Positions 57,583 through 64,000 of a DNA stretch of 64,000 nt are shown here, piece by piece. Location of the stretch: NCBI GenBank assembly GCA_963663275.1, contig OY760183.1, positions 1,984,001-2,048,000 on the forward strand. The letters run 5' to 3'. The notes under the pieces were generated by a model. The model had not been told where the DNA came from and did no database searches. It was given only the letters and a program-made list of their open reading frames with translations. The position numbers and the translations under genes are program-made. This DNA is from Chloroflexota bacterium (GTDB lineage Bacteria; Chloroflexota; UBA11872; VXOZ01). Within the stretch, counting starts at the first letter, position 1, and every line of letters starts with the position of its first letter.

Positions 57583-59445
57583 GTGAAGCCCGATCGCTTC
57601 GCGCCCGCGCCTGCGCAGGCGCTCGTGTTGGCGCTTGTGCTGGCGCTGACGGCGTGCGCAACAGCGGCGCCTCCGCCACCGCCGGACGCGCCTGCGGAAC
57701 CGACCGCCGCGCCCGCCGCTACGGTAGCGCCGGTGTCTACGCCTCAGGCGTTTCGTCTCACCATCCTGCACAACAACGACGCCGAGTCGCGCCTGCTCAA
57801 TGCGGGCAGAGGGCGCGAAGACTTCGGCGGGGTGGCGCGTTTCGGCGCGCTGGTGGCGCAACTGCGGCAGGAAGCGATCGACGGCGGCAGCGGCGTGCTG
57901 GTGCTCTCGGCCGGCGATAATTTCCTGGCGGGCCCCGAGTTCAGCGCCAGCCTGGCGCGGGGCACGATGCCCTTCTACGACACAATCGCGCTCGACCTGA
58001 TTGGCTACGACGCGCTGGCGCTGGGCAATCACGAGTTCGACTTTGGCCCGGACGTCCTGGCGGCCGCCATCAGAGGCTCCACGTCGCAAGCGCCGTTCCT
58101 CAGCGTGAATCTCGATTTCACCGATGAACCGCGCTTGGCCAGACTTGCGGCGGCCGGCCGCATTGCCCGCAGCGTTACCCTCACCGTCGCCGGCGAGCGC
58201 ATTGGCGTGATTGGCGCCACGACGCCGGGCCTTCCTTTCATCTCCAGCCCGCGCGACGTGCGGGTAGACGGCGACGTCGCGGCGCGGGTGCAGCAGGAAA
58301 TCGACGCGCTCCAAGCGGCGGGCGTGAACAAGATCATCGTCATCAGCCACTTGCAGGGCGTTGCCGGAGACCTGGCGCTTGTGCCTCTGCTGCGGGGCGT
58401 CGACGTCGTGATTGCCGGGGGCGGGGACGAGTTGCTGGCAAACGAGGGCGACGTGCTCCTGCCGGGGGATGAGGCCGAGATTTTCGGGCCGTACCCGCTC
58501 ATCGCCCAGGACGCCGACGGCAACGACGTGCCGGTGGCGGTCGTGCCCGGCGGCTATGCCTACGTGGGTCGCCTGAGCGTCGCGTTTGCCGCCGATGGAA
58601 CCATAGCGGCAATCGACCCCGCCAGTGGGCCGGTGCGCGTGGCCGGCGGTGCATATCCGGACGCCGTGGAACCGCATCCGGCGATTCAGTCACAGGTGGT
58701 GGCGCCGGTAGCGGACTATGTTACATCGCTGGCGGGCGACGTCGTCGGCGTCACGGAAGTTCCCCTGGACGGGCGGCGGCACGCGGTGCGCTCGCAGGAA
58801 ACCAACTTGGGCAATCTCATGGCCGACGCGCTGCTCTGGCAGGCGAACGCACTGGCCGAGCGCTTCGACGCGCCGGCCGCCACGGTCGCAATCCTGAACG
58901 GCGGCGGCATCCGCAACGACTCGGCGCTCCCGGCGGGACCGGTGTACGCGCTGGACGTGTACAGCATGGCGCCGTTCGTCAACTTCATCACCGTTGTCCC
59001 GGACATTCCCGCGGAGCAGTTCAAGGAGATTCTGGAGAACGCCGTTTCACGCGTCGAGCAAAGGGCCGGCCGCTTTCCGCAGATTGCCGGTTTCACGATG
59101 ACGTGGGACCCCACTGCTACCGCGCTGGTTCTGGATGAAACCGGAAAGGCGGTCACGCCCGGCGCGCGGGTGCGGGAGGTGCGGCTTGCCGACGGCACAC
59201 TGATCGTGCGGGACGGCGCGGTGGTTGAAGGCGCCGGGCCGGTGCACGTCGCGACGCTCGACTTCATCGCGCGCGGCGGCGATCAGTACCCCTATCGCGG
59301 CGCGCCGTTCGTCTCCCTGGGCGTCACCTACCGCCAAGCCGTTGCCGATTACATTGCGCAAGCACTCGGCGGCGTGGTGACCGCTGAACGCTATCCTGAG
59401 GTCGGCGAGGGCCGCATCGTTGCCGACGAATCCTCCGGCCAATAG
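57583..59445 (+). CDS. 5'-nucleotidase / bifunctional metallophosphatase lipoprotein
   Basis: LTAC lipobox, ILHNND, AGDNF, GNHEFDFG, ETNLGNLMADA, NGGGIR, GGDQY. Confidence 0.93.
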   Translation: MKPDRFAPAPAQALVLALVLALTACATAAPPPPPDAPAEPTAAPAATVAPVSTPQAFRLTILHNNDAESRLLNAGRGREDFGGVARFGALVAQLRQEAIDGGSGVLVLSAGDNFLAGPEFSASLARGTMPFYDTIALDLIGYDALALGNHEFDFGPDVLAAAIRGSTSQAPFLSVNLDFTDEPRLARLAAAGRIARSVTLTVAGERIGVIGATTPGLPFISSPRDVRVDGDVAARVQQEIDALQAAGVNKIIVISHLQGVAGDLALVPLLRGVDVVIAGGGDELLANEGDVLLPGDEAEIFGPYPLIAQDADGNDVPVAVVPGGYAYVGRLSVAFAADGTIAAIDPASGPVRVAGGAYPDAVEPHPAIQSQVVAPVADYVTSLAGDVVGVTEVPLDGRRHAVRSQETNLGNLMADALLWQANALAERFDAPAATVAILNGGGIRNDSALPAGPVYALDVYSMAPFVNFITVVPDIPAEQFKEILENAVSRVEQRAGRFPQIAGFTMTWDPTATALVLDETGKAVTPGARVREVRLADGTLIVRDGAVVEGAGPVHVATLDFIARGGDQYPYRGAPFVSLGVTYRQAVADYIAQALGGVVTAERYPEVGEGRIVADESSGQ

Positions 59446-59512
59446 TAAGAGCGGCGTTGGCGGCGCGTTGCGCGCTTGCTCGACACGCTCGGCAGCAGCG
59501 ACGGACGCCAAG

Positions 59513-59552
59513 AAAGTGCGCAGGCCTCCCTAAGGGGAGACCTGCGCACTTT
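59513..59552. terminator. Bidirectional terminator-like hairpin
   Basis: AAAGTGCGCAGG...CCTGCGCACTTT between convergent genes. Confidence 0.7.
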
Positions 59553-59626
59553 AGTGGTTCGCGATGGTTCGGTTGGCCGCTCGCTCCGCCAGGGGGCGGC
59601 CGCCACGGCCTAAGCGACTGCTGAGA

Positions 59627-59866
59627 CTACTCGATGGTAATCCGCTCGGGCTTCTCCGGCGGATCCTTGGGGCCGGTCTCGATGCGAATGTCCACGCCGC
59701 GGCGGATGAAGTCGAGGATGGCGTTCGCCTTCCGGCTCAGCTTCTCTTGCAGGTCTTCGAACGCCCCGCCGGGCGAACTGCGCAACTCGATGGTGACACG
59801 AAAGAATGGCTGCTCCGGCGAACGCCGCTGGGCGTCCCCGTTACCGGCATTCTGGGTATTCTCCAT
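59627..59866 (-). CDS. Small hypothetical protein (79 aa)
   Basis: AAGGAG SD, own promoter and terminator, coding-like codons. Confidence 0.7.
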   Translation of the reverse strand: MENTQNAGNGDAQRRSPEQPFFRVTIELRSSPGGAFEDLQEKLSRKANAILDFIRRGVDIRIETGPKDPPEKPERITIE

Positions 59867-59998
59867 GATGCTGTGCTCCTTTCTTGCAATCGCTTTGCGT
59901 GACACGCGCGCCGCGCAACGGCAGCGTACCGGCGAGACCCCCAAGGCGCTGCCCGCTTAGCCGCGCAGTAGTCACTAGTTATCCAATCTCTGAGTTCA

Positions 59999-60028
59999 AT
60001 TATAACTCTATCGCATCAGATAGCGCAA
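59999..60028 (-). promoter_or_regulatory. Sigma70 promoter TTGCGC-N18-TATAAT with AT-rich upstream tract
   Basis: Consensus -10; overlapping dyads CTATC..GATAG and GAGTT..AACTC. Confidence 0.65.
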
Positions 60029-60091
60029 GAGAATTGAAAGATATTCTTTAAAGAAAGTTATCCGTTGTCCTGTGGGCCGGCTGCAGAGCGC

Positions 60092-60802
60092 CTAATCCGG
60101 CGCCGGAGCGCCGCGTATTGCCGCGACTTTGGCGAGGACTGCCGCCGCTTCTTCCTCCAGGGTGAGCCGTCCGCTATCGAGCACGATGGCGTCGGGGGGT
60201 TGCGTAAGCGGGGCTGCGGCGCGGTCGCTGTCGATGCGGTCGCGCTCCGCCAGATTCTGTGCGACGGCTGCTTGTGAAACTTCCATCCCCCTGGCCGCGA
60301 GTTCCCGTTGGCGGCGTTGCGCGCGGGTTTCCAGTTCGGCGACCAGAAATACCTTGACCTCGGCTTTCGGACAGACCACCGTGCCGATGTCGCGTCCCAC
60401 CATCACCACGCCCTTCCGCCGCGCCAGGCGTTGCTGAAGGGGAAGCAAGGCGGCGCGCGCTTCAGGCTGGGCCGCTACCGGCGAGACGCCGGCGTCAACC
60501 GCCTGGCCGCGAATCTCCCAGGTGACGTCTTGCCCCTCGAGCAGGAGCGTGGACTGGCGACCGTCGGCTACGGTCGGCGGCTCCAGGCGAATGTCCAGCG
60601 TCCGCGCCAGCGCCGCCAGCGCCGGGCCGTCGCGAACCGAAACCCGGGCGCGCAGGGCGGCTAAGGTCAAGGCGCGGTAGAAGATACCGGTGTCAACGAA
60701 GAGGTAGCCGAGTCGCGCGGCGAGGAGGCTGCCCAGCGCGCTCTTGCCTGAGCCCGCGCCGCCGTCGATGGCGATTGTGAGGCGCGGCTCAGTTGCGGGC
60801 AC
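60092..60802 (-). CDS. cmk: Cytidylate kinase
   Basis: IAIDGGAGSGKS, DTG.FYR, GRDIGTVV, RDRIDS.R...PL. Confidence 0.93.
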   Translation of the reverse strand: MPATEPRLTIAIDGGAGSGKSALGSLLAARLGYLFVDTGIFYRALTLAALRARVSVRDGPALAALARTLDIRLEPPTVADGRQSTLLLEGQDVTWEIRGQAVDAGVSPVAAQPEARAALLPLQQRLARRKGVVMVGRDIGTVVCPKAEVKVFLVAELETRAQRRQRELAARGMEVSQAAVAQNLAERDRIDSDRAAAPLTQPPDAIVLDSGRLTLEEEAAAVLAKVAAIRGAPAPD

Positions 60803-61664
60803 GGCGGTGCGTCCTGTGTGTGCTGCCCGCGAGGGGGCGCTTGCCTGCCGCGGTCGTTTCCACCGTGGGGCCGCGCTGTGGCAAACGGCTGCGTGCGTGC
60901 TCGGCTGACTGCGTCGAATCCGCGCGAATTGAGGGCGGGTCTGGTTGCGTTTCGCTCCAGTGGGCGATTTCGGCTGCCGTGAGGGGCCGCACTCTGCCCG
61001 GCGCAAGATTGTCCAGGCGCACGGGCCCGATGCGGACGCGGATCAAGCGCGTCGCGCGTTTGCCGATCGCCGCCAGCATGTGACGAATCTGGCGCTTGCG
61101 CCCCTCGGTCAGGGTCATCGAGAGCCAGGTGTCCCCGTTCTCTTCGCATTCCGTCGCCTCTACCCTGACAGGATTGAGCCGGTATCCGTCTATGGTCATA
61201 GGCGCGCGCAAAGTCTTGAACTGGTGGGTGGTGAGCCTGCCGTCCACCAGGATCGCGTATTCTTTCTCGCCGCCGTAGCGGGGATGCGCCACGCGGTTCG
61301 CCCACGCGCCGTCGTCGGTGAGGAAGAGCAGCCCCTCGCTCATGAAGTCCAAACGCCCCACCGGTACCAGATGCGCGCATTCTTCAGGCGCTAGGTCGTA
61401 GATGGTTGGCCGCCCATAGGGGTCGCCGCGGGTGGTGAGGTAGCCGGCCGGTTTGTGCAAGGCGAGATAGGTGAGCGCGGCCGGCGGCGCGAGCGCCTTC
61501 CCATCCAGCGCAACCGTGTCGCGCGCGGGATTCACCTTCGCGCCCAGCGTTGTGACGGCTGCGCCGTTTACGGTAACGCGGCCTTGGCTGATGAAGACCT
61601 CCGCGCGGCGGCGGGAGGCCGCGCCGCAGCGGGCGATGTACTTTTGCAAGCGTTCTTCCATCAT
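60789..61664 (-). CDS. rluB: rRNA pseudouridine synthase (RluB/RsuA family, S4 domain)
   Basis: ERLQKYIA..G.ASRR, PVGRLDFMSEGLL, EGRKRQIR. Confidence 0.88.
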   Translation of the reverse strand: MMEERLQKYIARCGAASRRRAEVFISQGRVTVNGAAVTTLGAKVNPARDTVALDGKALAPPAALTYLALHKPAGYLTTRGDPYGRPTIYDLAPEECAHLVPVGRLDFMSEGLLFLTDDGAWANRVAHPRYGGEKEYAILVDGRLTTHQFKTLRAPMTIDGYRLNPVRVEATECEENGDTWLSMTLTEGRKRQIRHMLAAIGKRATRLIRVRIGPVRLDNLAPGRVRPLTAAEIAHWSETQPDPPSIRADSTQSAEHARSRLPQRGPTVETTAAGKRPLAGSTHRTHRRARN

Positions 61665-61756
61665 GGGCTCTAGTATACAGAGTCTCCATGCGGCTTCGGA
61701 GCCAGGCAGGGACCGGCGGAGCGCCTTGCCAGACGTCGTTTCCGCTTAGCGATGAG

Positions 61757-61995
61757 GAGCGGGGGACTTGCCCTAATGTTATCGCGTTGAAAGCAATGAG
61801 AATGAGAACTGCGTTCGTGACTCCGGTAGCGCAAGTTCTTAACCTGCGTCTTTCGTAGGGTCAGTCCATTCCGTTCTCAGTTCTCTTCCTCGGGCGGGGG
61901 ACAAGCCCCCGCGCTACGTTAAGGCGAATGCATTGGGGACAAGGCCTCGCGCTGCGTTGACGCGACAGCCTTGGGGACAAGCCCTCGCGCTACGG
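61757..61995. mobile_element. MITE-like composite element copy plus degenerate family B REPs
   Basis: Colinear with 55335-55497 but more diverged. Confidence 0.65.
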
Positions 61996-62252
61996 CTTGC
62001 GACAAGGCTCGACAATACCCGGGTAAGAGCCCTTTGCCCGATTTTAGGCGCTTTTGGCGACTTCCGGTATTGTGCCGTCCGACCTGCGCGCGATTGGGAA
62101 GAGCCGTATTGAACTCTAGCTCCTGAGACCTGTCGGCCTTCCGCGTTGACAGCGTGCGCAGCCGCGTGCTACGTTCAGCCAGTCAGCTTTGCGACAATTC
62201 TGCACTGAGCGTAAGCGCGCGCGTGCGTGCACCAGCGAGAAAGAGGACTCTG

Positions 62253-63053
62253 GTGAAAGTTAGACTTGGATGCTTCAGCCGGCCGTGGACCAAGTATGCG
62301 TTGGAGGTTTCCATGGAGGGCACGGCGCAGGCGGGCTTTCAGTACTTTGGCTTCATGACGGCGGGGGACGGCCTGCCTTTGCCGCCCAATGCCTCCGCGG
62401 ATCAGGTGAACAACCTCGCCGGCTTGCTTGAGAAGTACAACCTCAAGAACCTGGAAAACTACACCAGCATCCCCTGGGGCGATGAGAACGAGGCGCGCTC
62501 GGCGCTGCACAGCTACGTGGACAACAGCCACACGCTCGGCGCGACCTTCATGCACAATAGCGGCACCAACGACGAGGCGCTCTACGACCAGTTCCTGGAA
62601 CTGATGGAAGAAGCCGCCGAGTACGCCAAGAGCAAGGGCATCGTGGTGATGATGAAGCCTCACGGCGGCGTGACGGCCACGGCGCGGGGCCTGGTGGCGC
62701 TGATGAAGCGGATCAGCTCCGATAACCTGAAGGTCTTCTACGACCCCGGTAACGTGCTCTTCTACACCGGCGAGCGGCCTGAGGACGACTTCGAGGAACT
62801 CGCGCCGTACGTGGCGGGCATGTCCATCAAGGACGAGACCGGCGGCGTCAACGGCTCGGTGGACGTGACGCCGGGCGACGGGGACGTAGACTTCAAGGCG
62901 CTCTTCACGATCCTGCGCGACCACGACTTCGACGGTCCGTGCATGATCGAGCAACTCGGCGAAGGCACGATCGAGGAGGTGCACCACGAGGCCACCCGCG
63001 CCCGTGCATACTTGCTCGGGTTGCTGGACGGACTCGGCGCGGACGTGGAGTAG
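62253..63053 (+). CDS. Sugar phosphate isomerase/epimerase (TIM barrel)
   Basis: KPHGG, YDPGN, SIKD, PGDGDVDF, GPCMIE. Confidence 0.85.
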   Translation: MKVRLGCFSRPWTKYALEVSMEGTAQAGFQYFGFMTAGDGLPLPPNASADQVNNLAGLLEKYNLKNLENYTSIPWGDENEARSALHSYVDNSHTLGATFMHNSGTNDEALYDQFLELMEEAAEYAKSKGIVVMMKPHGGVTATARGLVALMKRISSDNLKVFYDPGNVLFYTGERPEDDFEELAPYVAGMSIKDETGGVNGSVDVTPGDGDVDFKALFTILRDHDFDGPCMIEQLGEGTIEEVHHEATRARAYLLGLLDGLGADVE

Positions 63054-63131
63054 CGGCGGCTATACTGATCCAAGAAATTGGCATTGAGATTGGCGCGGCA
63101 AGTACGCGCCGCGAAGGGAGTATGGGAACGC

Positions 63132-63860
63132 GTGGGAAAACTGGATAATATGGTAGCCGTCATCGGCGGCGCGAGCACCGGCATGGGCGCGGCGACTGCG
63201 CGGCTCTTTGCCCAAGAGGGAGCCAAGGTCGTCGTGGCGGCGCGCAGCAGTGAGAAACTGGCGGCGTTGGTGGATGAGATTGCCGCGAGCGGCGGTACCG
63301 CCATGGCAGTGTCCGTGGATGCTACCGACCGCGCCGCCGTGGACGCTATGGCCGCACAAGCGCGGGCGCAGTTTGGCACAATCGACGTCTTGGTCAACAG
63401 CGTGGGCACCAACATCAAGAACCGCGCTTTCACCGAGATGCGGCCTGAAGACTGGGACATGATGATCGCGCACAACCTTACCGTGGCCTACAACCTGGTG
63501 GACGCGGTCTTGCCGACCATGCGTGAGCAGGGCGCGGGCACGATCATCCACTATTCGTCGGACGCCGTGCAGAAGCCCAACGTGGTTTCCGGTGTTGCCT
63601 ACCAGGCGACGAAACACGGCGTGCGCGGCCTGGCCCACGGCACGATGATGGAGGAGCGGGAGCGCGGCATTCGCGTCTCGGTGGTCTTTCCCGGCCCGTG
63701 CGAGACGCCGCTGCTGGAAAAGCGGCCCGAGCCGCCGCCGCCCGACGTCTTTCCCAAGTTGCTGCAACCGGAAGACGTGGCGGACGCCGCTCTCTTCATT
63801 GCTTCCTTGCCGCCGCGCGCCTACGTGCCGGAACTCGTGCTCGCCGCGAGCCTGATGTAA
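63132..63860 (+). CDS. Short-chain dehydrogenase/reductase
   Basis: GGASTGMG, DVLVN, YQATK, PEDVA. Confidence 0.92.
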   Translation: MGKLDNMVAVIGGASTGMGAATARLFAQEGAKVVVAARSSEKLAALVDEIAASGGTAMAVSVDATDRAAVDAMAAQARAQFGTIDVLVNSVGTNIKNRAFTEMRPEDWDMMIAHNLTVAYNLVDAVLPTMREQGAGTIIHYSSDAVQKPNVVSGVAYQATKHGVRGLAHGTMMEERERGIRVSVVFPGPCETPLLEKRPEPPPPDVFPKLLQPEDVADAALFIASLPPRAYVPELVLAASLM

Positions 63861-64000
63861 TGCGGGGGACTGCCTTTCGTCCGTAACGAGACTATCGCAG
63901 CGGGTAGGAACGCCAAGCGGAATTGTGAGCCAACTTCATGTCAGAGGCCGCGGCTCCAGCCTCCCTTGTCGCGCTCGTGGGCGCGACGGCTCTGGGCAAG

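Overview
High-GC bacterial chromosome segment. Gene style suggests Chloroflexota, possibly a Dehalococcoidia/SAR202-like or sponge-associated lineage (inference from paralog-rich catabolic genes, PaREP1 copies, an ankyrin protein and dense REP palindromes). Housekeeping genes (ftsZ, thiE, mnmG, rplY, purE/purK, tatB, moaB/mog, leuS, cmk, rluB) are interleaved with catabolic enzymes and lipoproteins. No rRNA, tRNA, CRISPR array or intact transposase was recognised. Main observations: (1) a ParA-family ATPase overlapping a divergent FtsZ with an extra basic N-terminal peptide, with no parB or dcw genes nearby; (2) a TatB fused to a 4-Cys V4R/SufR-like domain; (3) a thioredoxin-fold lipoprotein split by an in-frame UGA at the first Cys of CxxC and followed by a SECIS-like hairpin (probable selenoprotein); (4) two tandem lipoproteins, each made of four Cache domains with no output domain; (5) a promoter/RBS/10-codon sORF unit; (6) an Lnt-like protein lacking its catalytic Cys; (7) several REP families, a MITE-like composite element and three tandem arrays. 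All calls were made by eye from motifs; no database searches were run.
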